A stretch of 61,114 nt of DNA, the filler included, from Catajapyx aquilonaris (lineage: Eukaryota): the NCBI GenBank assembly GCA_000934665.2. It is 4 parts of 4 records of this genome, joined end to end, with 100 filler letters (N's around TTAATTAATTAA, not from the genome) between each part and the next. Parts side by side here need not be neighbours in the genome. Positions count along the whole stretch, not along the records: positions 15,308 to 30,596 come from JYFJ02007587.1; positions 30,697 to 45,847 come from JYFJ02007588.1; 2 more parts are not named here. One strand, written 5' to 3'. A model generated the notes under the pieces. The model was not told where the DNA came from, did no database searches, and saw nothing but the letters and a program-made list of their open reading frames with translations. Positions within the stretch are counted from its first letter, which is position 1. Each line of letters starts with the position of its first letter. Positions 21,873-35,187 of this stretch are shown one piece after another. Position numbers and translations under genes: made by a program.

Positions 21873-22644
21873 CTATGTCGTCTTCTCCTTTTGGGCCTTG
21901 TTCTGGGCACGCTTGTACAGCTTAAAGTCGTCGGGCAACTCGTCCTCCGAGTACAGCCGGTCGGAGAAAAACACCCTCCGGATGCGACAGTTGGGGTGTA
22001 CCTTCACTCGCACGGTCTCAAGGTACTTGGTACCGTAGGCAAGCTGGGTCATGTCCGCGAGGTCGAACTCGACCCTGTTCCAGCGGTGGTCCAAGTCCAT
22101 AACCAGGTTGCAGATAAACGGCCTAATACAGGTACTCTGATGCTGAGTAGAACCTTGGAAGCGCCGGCGAACATTTGTGTCATCCCTGACCTGTGCAGAG
22201 TGGAAGCGTAGATATGACTACCGGTATATATCTACTGAATCAATTCTCCTTGCAGAAATACTTCTGACCAAATTACGCACCTGGACCTCCACTGTGGCAT
22301 GCTGCTGGGAGAGCTTTTTGATGATAATTACCAAGACTGGAAGCTCAATGCCGAGGGACATGCGGAGATCAGCCGGAGAGGTGATGTAGGTGGCGAAGAA
22401 GTTGACGGCCACCATTTCCAACACCTGGGACTGGATATCATTATCGGATAGGAGCTTGATGTGCCCATTCCTCACCTGTAGGGATTGGAATGTCATATTT
22501 TAAGTCGAGGAAAAACTGTGCGTTTAATTCTTTCCATTAACATAGAAGTTCTACCCGCACCTTCCCGGTCCAGATCTCCAGTGGCTTGTTGCCAGTACTG
22601 TCAAGGATGGACAGGCATCCGATCTGGAAAGTGTTCCTGAACAT
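21873..22644 (-). CDS. CFAP20: Divergent CFAP20 (BUG22/GTL3) homolog, 198 aa, three exons (22561-22644, 22281-22475, 21873-22190)
   Basis: [68 protein letters not shown]; intact frame, phase-0 GT-AG introns. Confidence 0.93.
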
Positions 22645-23179
22645 GGTTCTGCTGATTCCATGATCCCCTTCAATTACGGGCGAGTATTGGTTCTCCATGG
22701 ATGGGTTCGGTTCTGCGCTTGATCCTTTGCCCTTACGTACAAGTTCGCGTCTTCACTGGTTCGGGAGGTATGGGTGAGTCAGACACGGTGCAGTACTACG
22801 GAGTTCCCCCTATGACCCCCTCCCCCCAAATAAAGTCAGGCTAGTAAACAGTCGCACAGGTTGCCTTGGAAACCACGATTAAACAATAAAGGACGGTAAT
22901 GAACGAGGCCTAAACTACGAGTACTTCAGAATTATTAAGTCACGATACGATACGATATATGGTAATTGAGGGGTTTAGCGCACTAATGGACTAGGCGCCG
23001 AGAGGTGCGAATAGAGATAATATTAGACGTAATGTTTCAAATCCCCTATGTCCGTAATGTAAATAGTCGGCGTGCTAATTAAATTTAGACAGGCGTGGCC
23101 AGGGCGTCCGGAGTAGTGGCTGGTGGCGAAGGGGCTTGATTTGGTGAAGTACCGTATTGCAGTGTAATATTTACATTAT

Positions 23180-23332
23180 TTTAATATTCAGTGTCTGTCA
23201 TCTGACATGGGCAGGTGTGGGGGGTGGGACGGGTTGTTTATAGGTTTATTTTCACAAGTTTTATTTTAGTTCATATGTTGGGTTAGCTTGCGTCTCCCTT
23301 CATCGCTGACTACCCCTCATAGGGAAATGTCG

Positions 23333-23391
<59 letters not shown>
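23180..23391 (+). mobile_element. Retroelement 3' tail ending in (GAT)n
   Basis: Homologous to 2706-2880 in opposite orientation. Confidence 0.7.
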
Positions 23392-23392
<1 letters not shown>

Positions 23393-23546
23393 GTTATGAC
23401 ATTGGAAATTAGTGCATAAAATAGGAGATGTTTTCCTATACGTTTGAAACTGCTGTTCACTCAAAATCGACGATTTTGGCGGTTAGTCCATTCATATGCT
23501 CACAACCCCTCAATTAGCCTACTGACAATCTACGCACAATTAATAT

Positions 23547-24394
23547 TTAGAAGTACTGTACAATGAATTTGTCCTGTTTTCATGCATGGGCGGGGAGGCT
23601 ATTGCCCTCAATTTTGGGAAACCATAAAAGTAAAATAAATGTCATGATAAAATATTTCAAAATAACGTTTTCGTATCGTTCGATGTGTCAGTCTTCTAAA
23701 CGGTGGTAATTATAGTCTATGACTTGGCAAATAATTACGCGGGTAATTTGAGGTTTCGGGTCAAATCGGCAGTTACAATCGATCGTCTTAGCTTTGCAAT
23801 ATCAGATATGGCATTAAAAGCATACGGTACGGTATATCTCAATACATGAAAGTTATTTAGCTTATTCCAAAACCTGGAAATTCACATGCAAGTGATCAGA
23901 TTCTTCATTTCAGTAGCCTACCTGCCTGGTAATGGGTCAATCTGAAACCATTGAGGGCAATACCCATCATGATTATATTTAAAACATCATTGGCTCATTC
24001 AAGCATGCAGAGGCATACAAATGCACTCCTCGACCGCGTGGTGGAGGTCCGTCGCTGAAAGCACCGGCGGGGTGTGCCGGATGATGTTACCTTCCACGAT
24101 TTTGTAGCGGCAGATGACGACGTACAAAAGTGTGCCAGGAGTTGACAGATTTCGCCATATACTTTGTGCAGCGGAAATAAAAAAAATAACCGATCTCGAT
24201 GTAACGAAATTCCGTTATTACAAAAACATTTGCCCGGTCCCGCCAGTTTCGTTGTAACGAGATTTGACCTGTAATTTATTTTGGAATATTTTATCATTGC
24301 ATTTATTTTACTTTCATGGTTTCCCAAAATTGAGGGCAATACTCCCCGCCCATGCATGAAAACAGGACAGTCATTGTACCTACAGTACTTCTAA
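23547..24394. mobile_element. MITE-like element with ~120-bp inverted arms enclosing a pogo/Tigger relic (~24043-24271)
   Basis: 23547-23665 is the reverse complement of 24275-24394 (tgtcctgttttcatgcatgggcggggag..attgccctcaattttgggaaaccat). Confidence 0.7.
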
Positions 24395-24396
24395 GT

Positions 24397-25141
24397 CAGG
24401 GGTTCCCAACCTTTTTGCACCCGCGACCCCCCAAATCACCTATTTCAGTACAACGATTACGAAAGGTGGTTCCCCGGCTAGTAATGAACCCGATATAACG
24501 AAAATATGCACTATAAAATAGTGTAATGCTCAGCCACACGTGCTCCAGCACTGTCTAGCGATAAGCGAGTGTGTGGTCGTGCGTAGCGTAACACCGTCAA
24601 CAATCGTGAAATGTTGGGATAAAAGTTGCATCAAGGGGTCGGCAGTGTCTGCTTTGGGGAGTGACCATGCAGGACGCCGAAGACTCAGATGACCCTGACG
24701 ACCTGTCTCTGTGGAGGTCCGTTGCTGAAAGCACCGGAGTGCCGGATGAAGTTACCTTCCACGACTTTGTAGCGGCAGATGACGACCTACACGTGTGCCA
24801 GGAGTTGACAGATTCGGACATACTTGTGGGGGAAATAAAAATAACCAGTCTCGATTTATCGAAATTCCGTTATTACGAAAAGATTTTCCCGGTCCCGCGG
24901 GTTTCGTTGTAACAAGATTTTACCTGTAGCAAAAAGAGAGATGGGAATGAGTAGGACCATTTTTTGTGTTCTTCTCACAATTAAGTTGGTTCATTCTTGT
25001 TGAAAAAAATAATATTATGGTTCCCACAAATGCCGAGACTGGACGCCATTGCACGATATCTTTCGCGTACCCCCAGAATATATTGTGTTCGCGTACCCCC
25101 AGGGCGCCAGGGGTACGCGTACCCCAGTTTGAAAACCACTG
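24397..25141. mobile_element. hAT-type MITE containing a pogo/Tigger 3' relic (~24661-24926)
   Basis: Ends CAGGGGTTCCCAACC / GTTTGAAAACCACTG; internal VTFHDFVAADDDLHVCQELTDSDIL and a TIR-like end ...ACCTG|TA. Confidence 0.65.
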
Positions 25142-26789
25142 ATCTAGCTGGCGATGGAATTTACTGCGATCTTTTTGAAAATTAATTTAGGGACTTCTAG
25201 ACAAGGAAAATAGTTTCCACGATATACGTTATGTTTTCTCTAAACGTGCCAGTATAGCTGTTATTATTTGTAAAATATCTTATAATTATCTTCAGACATA
25301 GAGAGTACGTGCAAACCAAAATCTAAGCGATGGCAGTAGGCCTATAGCTACACTCTGCGGCAATCCTTTTGGAAATTAATTTAGGGACTTCTAGACGAGG
25401 AAAATTGGGAAAGTATATCGTTTATCCGCACCTAGCGACGCGGTGCTTCAAACATGTTGGCTACGCGTCGCAAACAACCGGTTGCCCGGAGAGCATAACA
25501 AAGGTCGTCTTCTTACCCCTGCCACGCGAACCGTTCAGACGAGTGCTATTGTCTGACCAGAAGCTAAAGAGAGTTGGTGGGTTTTCCCCATCAACCCAAA
25601 ATCCCCCACGCCAACCCACCCCCTCGAAAATGCCCAAATTCCCAACAATATTAATCCGCAAAAGGGTTCGGAAAGATCAGTTTCAAAGGAGACGTTGCCA
25701 TAACCACAGTATTAATGAAGGAGGTGGGAAATATGAAAGCCATGATGGTTGCTGCAGTCCGTTAACCCAAAGAACTACATGATGTCACACCAGCCGTGTT
25801 TTCTGAGCGTGTGCAGTAGTATGCCTGCAGAGTGAGTCGTGGGCATGATTGGAGGGGAGAGCCTGGTGGTGGCGGGCGGAACTTGGCGTCATGTAGTTCG
25901 TTGGTTTAACGGACTGTGTGAAGGTGTACTTCGCGCTTGGCAAAGCCACAATAACGTTCGTTGGCCTGCGGCGCCACAAGACGGACAGTAAATGTTGCGG
26001 ATACAGAAACCCACAATAAGCGCCCAGCTCCGCTATCGCTCCGCAAAAACTAAAAATATCACGCACGGGCGACGTACCGTGCCTGGCAAGGCCACAACAA
26101 TGTACAGTACTGTTGCGGTAACAAAAATCCATACAGCAACACCAAGACAAATGGCTATTCCATCCACTTAATCACCTCAAAATCCCGAATTGAATCCCCG
26201 AAAGCCCGAAAAGAAGAATAAAGCACAGTTCCATGTAACCATGCAGCAGTATCAATAGGCACCCGATTGTTTGCGACGCAACGTTGCCAACCGTCGGGAG
26301 GCCTTGTTGTTAACGTGCGGATAAACAATAGTTTATCCGAAAATTGTTCCACACACATTCATAGTGTTTTCCTTGATCTGGTAAGTATAGCTGTTATTTT
26401 GTGTAAAATATCTTGTCCATATCTTCAGAGTACTCGTATAAGTGGAAAACTAGGCGATGGCTGGGGTCCAAGGAGTTAAAGACGAAAAGTTGCGGATTTC
26501 ACAATATTTCACTTCAAATCACACATTAAGTGAAAGACTATAGACTCCCCAGTTATGTAGACTCAATTATTCTTTTCAAGGCCACATATAATGCCACATT
26601 TTTCTAAAAGAAGTCACATATTTCTCAGGGTAGTAGTATGCTACCCTGACAAAAGGTGCAATTATGTGCACTTAAAACAAAGTGAATCTATAACTGGGGA
26701 ATCTAGTCGTTCGTTTGGTGTGTCATTCCAAGAGAAATTCCCTACTTTTTTTGCCTTAAAAATCAGAGGAAAGTCGTGACCCCATTGTG

Positions 26790-27070
26790 ACAAATACGCA
26801 TGGAGTGGGAGCCATTGTCCAAGCATTAACGTGCTTTGGCCACACTGTGCGGTGCAAGGATGAAAAGACATGGGGTAAGGATGGGTATTTCTGGGGAGGA
26901 GATACACAGGTGCAAGTGCAATGTCTGAAAAAGGGTCATGTGCAGTCTCCCTGGAGGTTAGGTTGCCAGACGCCTCCAAGGCGCGGGTCAGAGACCCTCC
27001 TGACACAGGCGGGGTTCGAACCCGGGACCTTCCGCACAGCAAGCCGAGACGTTCCCCACTGCGCCTCCCC
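26790..27070 (-). mobile_element. tRNA-derived SINE, family B
   Basis: Head GGGGAGGCGCAGTGG...GGTTCGAACCC; body shared with 20950-21125 and ~13770-13930. Confidence 0.8.
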
Positions 27071-27246
27071 ATCAAAAAACATTTTTGAAAAGGGGATAAA
27101 ACAGCTACCAGAATGCTGAAAAAAATGTGCAGTACCCAGTGTGGAGTGTCTTGAAGGGTGACATGTAAAATAAGTCAATGTTTAATAAGGAATGTTCTAA
27201 AAAAATTCAGTCCTGTTCATATTTGAACAACCTTCTATATTTATAC

Positions 27247-29195
27247 CTTTGCATTCATTGGAAACAAAACTTGCTGGACATCTGGCAGGTCTCTTGTCTC
27301 GTTAAAAATGGATTCAAGAAAACTTGACATGACCACAACAGGGTCAGTCTTCCTTCAGTCGGCAGGCATGTTGTGATGTTTAAGGCAATGGAACTAAATG
27401 GCTGCCTATCCGCCTCTTTTTCCTACTTGAGACAGCATCCTTGGGCACCTTGACCAGGAGAGATTTCCGCTTGATTGCCTCAGCATGCTTCAAGAGATTA
27501 CTTGACAGGTCAATCATTGTCCCATCCACTGTTACCAACTCCTCATCCTCTACAAGCATGTTCTTTTCTATCTCATCTTCTTGTTCTTCTGTCATAGCTA
27601 CATTCACTGGAGGAGCAGGAGTGGCCGGCTGGTACAAGGGACAAGCTTGGTTTGTTCTCATGTGGCCAACCTATGTTGTAGAAGAATATCAATAAGTGCA
27701 TGAGTAAGGGTACCAGTAAGTTACAAGTATAATAATGTGTTGCAAAAAGATGCACTCACCTGTCCACATGCCCCACACTTAAGTTTTAGATCAGGCTTCA
27801 GCTTAGGTTTCTTTTTCTTGGGCTGATTGAGTCCAAGCCTCTCCTTCTGCTTCCTCCTAATCCGTCTCAGCCGATCCAGGACTCTCCTTTTTGCCTTCCT
27901 CATCTCTTCTTTTTGGTTCTCATCCAAGATATCAAACTGACGGATGAATGACTCATCGTTTGTTGTATGGATGCGCACATAAATATCAATGATAGGGGCC
28001 TTTCGTACAATCTCAACATGGATGTATTCCTTGCCTTCAGGATTACGGAATGTCCAATAGATCTTCAGGGCACGGCCTGAAAATGATTTATTCTTGTTAT
28101 GCACCCTGTTAAAAACATTAGGCGACTCCAATGAACAGGATTATTATTTATTTTTTTTTAAAATTTCAATGCAGAAATGTAACAAGCAATTATAAAATGA
28201 ATGGGTTTCCTTTACCTGTCTCCAGCTGCCTATTTATTTCGGCAAGAACCTTTTCTTAACAAAAAATTAACTTCTTACAATTCTGCATTTTGGTGCTCAC
28301 TACATACAGGGTGTATCTGAACTCAGTGCCCCGACGTATATGACTGCCTTCCTAGCCACCAGAGGATCGATTTAAGTATAGGAGTCATTATGTTTGGCCG
28401 CAGCATTACGGAGATAATTGGCCGCAAACATGTAGTACAAAATATCCTGTCGGTTAGGCCACCCATCGAACCCTCCCCCAGTCAGAAGGCTCTGGAAGGT
28501 CAGGGGGCGGGACTTTGTTGGTTTGTTGCCCACAGGTGGTAAGGCCTCTTTGGCTAGTTACACCAGAAAATTCTATTTAAAAGTCAGAAGGAGCGATTAG
28601 GCAAAAATCGCTAAAGAGTGTATCTCCGTAATGAGGCTGCCCAGACATATGACTCCTATACTTAAATCGATCCTCTGGTGGCTAGGAAGGCAGTCATATA
28701 CGTCGGGGCACTGAGTTCAGATACACCCTGTATATTGCTATTCCAAACCATGGATGGCCTTTCAAAATACACATAACCTAATCCATTGGTTACTTTTTAA
28801 AATGTACCTGCATATCCACCAGGCAGGGACTGGCTATCCTCATCGTCTTTTCCTCCCTTTTTGTCCTTGCCATCCTTCTTATCCTGGGTCTCGCCAATGG
28901 TCTCATCGACGATGAGCTTTGGAAGCTCTCTTCGTTCTTGCTCCTCTTTTTCGTGAGACAGCTACAGAGGTATATGAGCTCAATTAATTCATGAACAAGT
29001 GCATAGACAGAGGTGATGTACTTTACCTGTGAACTTGTGTTTTTGTTTGCTAGCATGTTCTCGGTGTTCTTGCCAATTTCTTCAATATCAGAACTGTCTT
29101 CTTCTGCGCTTTCACCCTCATCTGTCAAAAGTACCTCATTTGAGGAGAGAACACGGTTCTGCAGATCAAAGATACGTTGGCATTCTTCTTCGTAT
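27247..29195 (-). pseudogene. TAF1: TAF1 (TFIID subunit 1) duplicate, intron-containing and degenerating; exons 29027-29195, 28808-28961, 27760-28076, 27247-27670
   Basis: [27 protein letters not shown], zinc knuckle [38 protein letters not shown]; frameshift at ~27385-27395 and in-frame TGA at 27355-27357 just before bromodomain 1. Confidence 0.85.
28307..28730. mobile_element. Tc1/mariner-type MITE in a TAF1 intron
   Basis: ~80-bp perfect TIRs starting CAGGGTGTATCTGAACTCAG; TA TSD. Confidence 0.9.
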
Positions 29196-30596
29196 CTAGG
29201 AAAAAAATACGAAAATCATGACGTGCAAGAAAATTATGGACTCTCATGTATATGGCAATGCACCCATCTTCATGTCCATGCATTTGTTAAATGAAAAGAT
29301 TCAGGGTGCTTTCACATGGTACTACAGCATACTATATTATCTAATACATATTTCAAGACCTATATCTGTCTGTCTGTGACCTCAACAGATCCATACGGAG
29401 GCCTCCACATATGCCCCAGCGGTATCACTAGGGGTAGTTTTTTACTGGGAAGGTTCTTAGCGCATTGGAATTGACCTCCGAGGTCATCCTTGGCCACAGG
29501 AGGCGAAAAGGACTTTGGAACACTCTTCTAATAATGCGCAATTGGCTGTAAACATCAACTGTCTTGGGTTACCGGGGCAACCACTGAATGCCGAAGTCCA
29601 TGAATCGTCCCCTCCCCACTGTCCCCCCCCCCCGACTCCTGTCCCATGCATCCACCCTCCCACTCCCCCCCCACCATCCCTGTTCCGTAATAATCAACAT
29701 TCCATATTTCATTATATTACATACACAACAAATAAAACACGTTCCCACGGCAATGACGTTCCATCGCGGTCAACAAGCACAGTTCCATAATCTACAGCGG
29801 CGCATTAGCAAAAAAATACGGTAACAATGAAGCCCTTGGCGACGACCTAAACAAACTCGCTTATGCATGGGCAGCATATGGGAATTCGACATGTCCATGC
29901 TTCTGCGGCCGTACGGGCGCAAAAATGGTGCAATGGACACAGAAATTACACCAAAAAATAGGACATGATCTGGCGCAGGGCACCTTCGTCGTCATTTTAC
30001 CATTTTCGGCCTAGAAGTGACCTTTTCATCGAGTTCAAGTGAAAGGAAAATGGCGTTCCCCAAAAGCCCATTTGAATAACATGGCGGCAGGAAACGCGAC
30101 AAAGTCGTGAACGCTTCTGCGCCCGTATGTCCTCAATTTTAATGCAATCATATCGAGTATGGTACCATATAGTAAAGGCCAAACCTTTGCGCAGGGCACC
30201 TTCTTCGTGATTTTCCCGATTAACGGTGCTTTTCGCTACAAAAATGTAGAATTCCCTCAAAAATGCACCTACCGTATTTTTACTAATGCGCCGCCTTAAC
30301 CTTAACGTGGTGGTGGGCCTTGAGTTCTCCAGCGACCCATAGCTGCCAGCTGGCACAGTAATCCAGGCCAGGTTTGCCATTTTGGGGTTGGGGAATGACT
30401 AAGAGAGGTGCCGGTCTTTTAAAGCTATTCTACATTTACTGCACAGCCTTCCATTTTTCCATACTTTTGCTGGATTTTTAAGGCGTATTGTGTACTCTCT
30501 TACAATCTGACATCCGCAGTTTGGAGTTTGGACTTCATGCACATGCAATATGCTCCATGTTACTGGTATATGCCAACATTGTATAGCCATAATAAT

Positions 30597-30696
30597 NNNN
30601 NNNNNNNNNNNNNNNNNNNNNNNNNNNNNNNNNNNNNNNNTTAATTAATTAANNNNNNNNNNNNNNNNNNNNNNNNNNNNNNNNNNNNNNNNNNNN
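30597..30696. other. Artificial contig-joining spacer
   Basis: 44 N + TTAATTAATTAA + 44 N. Confidence 0.98.
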
Positions 30697-30855
30697 CTCT
30701 ATCTGGCCATTGGCAGCGTGAGGAAGAGTATATAGCAATCGACGGGTGTCCAGCGAAAATGCCCCGGTCAGCACATCCTTCTATGGTAATTATTCACGTA
30801 TAGGTTTCATTGTGTGAAGGGTGATTATGTACGGAAGGTACAACCAATGTGTCCT

Positions 30856-31446
30856 TAGTAAAACTTCTCGAAGTCGAACTTCCCTAAGTCGAAGTTCTCT
30901 ATAAGTCGAATAAAATGATGAGCTTGGTTGGCCACAATGTAAAAATAGGAAATAAACTTCCCTAACTCGACGTTCTCCATAACTCGAAGTGCTGGCAGGG
31001 CCTTTCGATGGCATATCAATGCATTTTCAGTCTCCCTAAGTCCAAGTTCATGTTGGTGAGTACGAAAAATTTTCTCATTTCCCAGCCGATGGGTCGAGAG
31101 TAGCCCATCACGTGTATGTACAGAAAGGCTCAATTTCCTGATCTCCGTCTACCAGACGTACCGAAAGAAGGGCTTGACTCGATTGTGACTATTGAATCCT
31201 TGAATCTAAGAGTAGGCCAATGTCCATAACGGAGATTTCTTTACAACAAAACAACGAGGAACATTGTAAATCTTATAGTGACAGTTATTTTTAAGTTTTG
31301 AACACCTTTCGTCCCTGGATATAAAGGTATAGGCTTCCTTATAGAGTTCTGTGCTTCAAACATTCCAAACTTCTCTAACTCGAATCTTCTATAACTCGAA
31401 GTTTTTTCCCGGTCCCATGGAGATTCGACTTATAGAAGTTTTACTG
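30856..31446. mobile_element. pogo/Tigger-type MITE
   Basis: Ends AGTAAAACTTCT..AAGTCGAA / TTCGACTTATAGAAGTTTTACTG|TA with repeated subterminal AAGTCGAA/AACTCGAA motifs. Confidence 0.7.
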
Positions 31447-34400
31447 TATATTACTTTGTATATGGCTTTTAAATAAACTGCTCATTATTATGTCACATGC
31501 GTTTATGCAGGACAGTATGTTATTTGTTAACTGAAAAATGAAAATGCGAAGTTTCTATAGATTTTGACATCTACTGACTATACCAGGTATAGGCCTACAA
31601 AATAAAGATTAGCTTTGTTGTAACTAATTCTATGAACTTACTTTAATTTACTTCTTTAATTATCTCGTAAAATGGAGAGGAGCCTTCAATCCGCAAATTC
31701 ATGAACCTATAATATAAACAAGGAATCTAGAAAATATTATTAGACACTCAGAATGAGAGAGCAGGCATGGAGTGCTGCACCTAATGGACCGACTTGGAAT
31801 ATACACCCCAAGTCGGTCCATTAGGTGCAGCTAATTAGGTTACGGTAATTTGTAGGCTAAGTTAGGCCAGATTATAGGTTGGAATATTTCCGTACCGCTC
31901 CAACCCCTGTACCTTGCGGCCCTGGCATGTCAGGGTCGGCGTTCCACTTTCATCCAAGAGAAGAAGAGGCGATCACATTGCTAGTACCAGGTTGTGCCCC
32001 TGGCTAAGGGAGCATTGGATGCCCAAAAAGGCGGCAAAGTTGGCAGCAATATACCGGTATTTTCCCATTGAAGACAGGAAGCGGACCATGCAAGATATAT
32101 ACTGGGGTGTCGGAAAATAAAACCCATTTGGAAGGTGCTTGGAGGTACTTAAGTCCCTCCATCCGTCCTTTGTTGGGATAGGCGTTGTAGACTCGGCGTC
32201 GGCGTGAGAAAAATGCCAGTGTATCCGGAGTGAATCGGAATCCTGGTGGGACGAGGCAGCCCAATTCCGAGAGTCGTGTCCAGAAGCCGGCTCACCCGGA
32301 TTTGTGTCCAAACAGACTAATCCCCGCCACGGATTCTATGGCAGATCTGGCTCTCTCCTTCAACCCCACCTTTTCTAACGCCCTGCCTGCAGGTATCAAG
32401 ACCACCCAACACCTCCCCAAGTTGCCTTTTCACACCAACCCCTAACCCCCACCCCTCTTCCCATCCCCATCCCCCACTTCCGATCGACCTCAGCATTTTC
32501 TTACCGGCTAAGAAATATCGGTTCGATGTGTCTATTTACTTGTCGTGCAGTATAGTAGAGGCTGGGTGCTAAACAGTTTTTAAAAATTTGTTACTACTCC
32601 GGCTCAATAAAATAATATTTTGCAAGTCACAACAGCTGTATAGCAACCATGTGAGGCGGGTGATATGTCTGCAGGATATTCTTTACGCTTCTAGTGATAA
32701 TATAATAAAAATTAAATGTTTGTGTAACAATTTACTTACCAGAATCTTTTAAAAACATCTGAAAAAGTTCAGAAACATCTGTACTCTCATCAGTGATCAA
32801 ATCACATGGTTAGAAACGTGACAATTTTATGATCAGTTATTTTGTACCGTGAAATTAAGAAATATGATGTTATTATCATGAGTGTCATTTTAATTCCTTT
32901 TATTTACGAAAAGGCGGAGGAGCAGTGAAGAAACGGCAGTGTGATGGGAGGGAAAAGACGCGAAATTATTATCCGTACAGCTCTTGAATGGCATTATAAT
33001 AATTATTAGAGTGCTTCACCGAAATTGCACAAAATCACGTGGAGGGGAAGCTATACTTGTATAGTCTCTTCCCTGATCTTGCTACTATTTATAAAACTGA
33101 AAAGTCAATGTAACGAGCACTATCCTCTGACTGGAGAAATAACAGCAAGAAATCTACGCACCATGTATATACAAAAGTACAAAACAGTAGGTAGTTAGTG
33201 AGAAATTACAAAATAAAATGTGGGAAGCTGAGGCAGGACTCTATAGTTTGTGATTACATAATTTAAGCGCGCGAAAGAGTATTGACTGTGACCATGAGTA
33301 TAAAGAATATATTTCCAAGAGAATAATGGTGACGTCCGTTTTCGGAAGACCTGAGTGTATAACAGCGTAATCGGAATTTTAGTGCTGGTGTTACAATGTC
33401 AACAATTACTTTCAACAGTGTCAGCAATAAAACTTAATATTATAACGACGTCATAATTCAAGTTCCACTTACTACCGACACTTACTGAAGCCATTCCAGT
33501 GCAAATTTTGAGATGAGTTTACACCTCCTCTCAAAAATACAAGCTATAATACATTGCAGTATACTGCTAGGGTATATTCGAGACATATTATTTATCATTT
33601 TCTTCTAGTAAACATGAGCTGATTCTAACGATGTTTAGCGGTTTAGCATGGACCTGACAATGCAGTAAAATGTACTTGATTAGCCCTCCACCTTTGGCAG
33701 CCAACTTGATGGACCTCTGGGAGCCAGAAGTTGAAAAAGGCCATTGAATAGGTGGCATTAAAAGGAAAAGCGAGTGAAAGCCATGGATAGCCCAAAGGAA
33801 TGTGGGTGGTGCCTCCTCCTTCGTCCAAGCCTGACAAATTCTGCCATTCCGCCCGTGTCCTTTGACCCAGTGCCGTCCCCCCACGGTCGACTCCTCCCTC
33901 CTCCCCCGCCCTTTCCGGCCTATATTATTGTCGGCCCAGGTGAAAGAAAGGTGAGGCCATTCCAATTCAAAGCTGGTATTCGCTCGGCATTACAGGGATT
34001 GAGGTACAGTATTAAAATGATTAGCGAAACAATCCTGGCGCACGAAGCGATGTTTCCTTGCAAAGGTCAGTCGTTGACACGCTGTGTAGCAGTTGTAAAA
34101 GGTGGGATCTTGTCAGATCAGCACTATATGTTACCTCTCTTCCGAAAAGGGTCATGTCTTGCAGGCTGGCAGGATCAAGCATCAGTTTATATGTACACCG
34201 CTGGAACCAGCTAATATGGATTTATTTTACGCAATTAACTTGAAACCTGTTAAATAAGTTTACTCAAATCAAGTGCACTGCAAAGTAGGGGAGAGCGGGG
34301 CACAGTGGTCCACGGGGCACACTGCACAGCTAGTGGTCCTTTCTATTTTAAAATTATAAGACACCGGAATAACATCTTCATCTGGTACCTCGTGAAACAT

Positions 34401-34939
34401 GTCACTATTGTGCATCCTGCCAACATGACAGCCACCTGTGAGATGCCTGCGATCCTGCTGTATCAGGGGAAATATACTTGAAGGGTACCTAGGGAAGTAA
34501 CTGCTAATAACCCACAGTTTAAATGCCATGCCAGGCGTCGCCAGGCGTAGATGCTGGGCATGACCGAATGACCCTGATGTAAAAATGTTGTTGAATAGTG
34601 TCATCCTTTGTCCATAAATGCTGGAAATTTGGAAAGCATCATTTGCAATGGAAGCTACGGTTTTGATAGACACTAGTATGAAATAAAGTTCATGCGCCAA
34701 AGGATGTGGCAGGACAAGGTCTACTTTCCGAGAGAGACATGTTTCACTTGTGGCCACAGGTTGCAGTAACAGAAGTCTTTTTTTATTATTTTCTATTTAT
34801 TAAGAGGGGTTATAGCTGTACGATAAAAAATAAAATATCTGCTACTTCTTGGGTGAATTAGGGGTCCCAATCACTTCTGGACTCTCATCAGTGATCAAAT
34901 CAGTGGTCCATTTGCAGAGGGCATATCAGCTTCTGAAAT

Positions 34940-35187
34940 GAGGGGTGTGGGGGAAAAACATGATAACTGACATTTTTGTCATTTTTGACCTAAACACCTA
35001 GCAACTATGTATAAGACATGCCGAACAGTTTGGTATACTCCAAGTTCATGTATCATGCACGAGACGGCCACACGAACTAGATTAAAACCAGCATTCCCTA
35101 TGATTTGTTAAGGAAATGCAAACTTAAATTCGCTCTCCTGAAATATCACACCTTTGTCAGTTATCTTGTTTTTCCCCCACACCCCTC
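34940..35187. mobile_element. Sola-like MITE
   Basis: 33-bp TIR GAGGGGTGTGGGGGAAAAACAwGATAACTGACA; 4-bp TSD AAAT. Confidence 0.7.

Noticed and set aside
21732..22211. 159-aa plus-strand ORF
   Set aside because: Antisense shadow of GC-rich CFAP20 exon 3
28216..28254. 39-nt in-phase cassette exon in the TAF1 intron
   Set aside because: The flanking exons already join directly to give GYAGRALKIY; no support beyond splice-like dinucleotides
31914..34757. ORFs of 65-160 aa in contig 3
   Set aside because: No recognisable domains or consistent splice structure; probably decayed TE sequence
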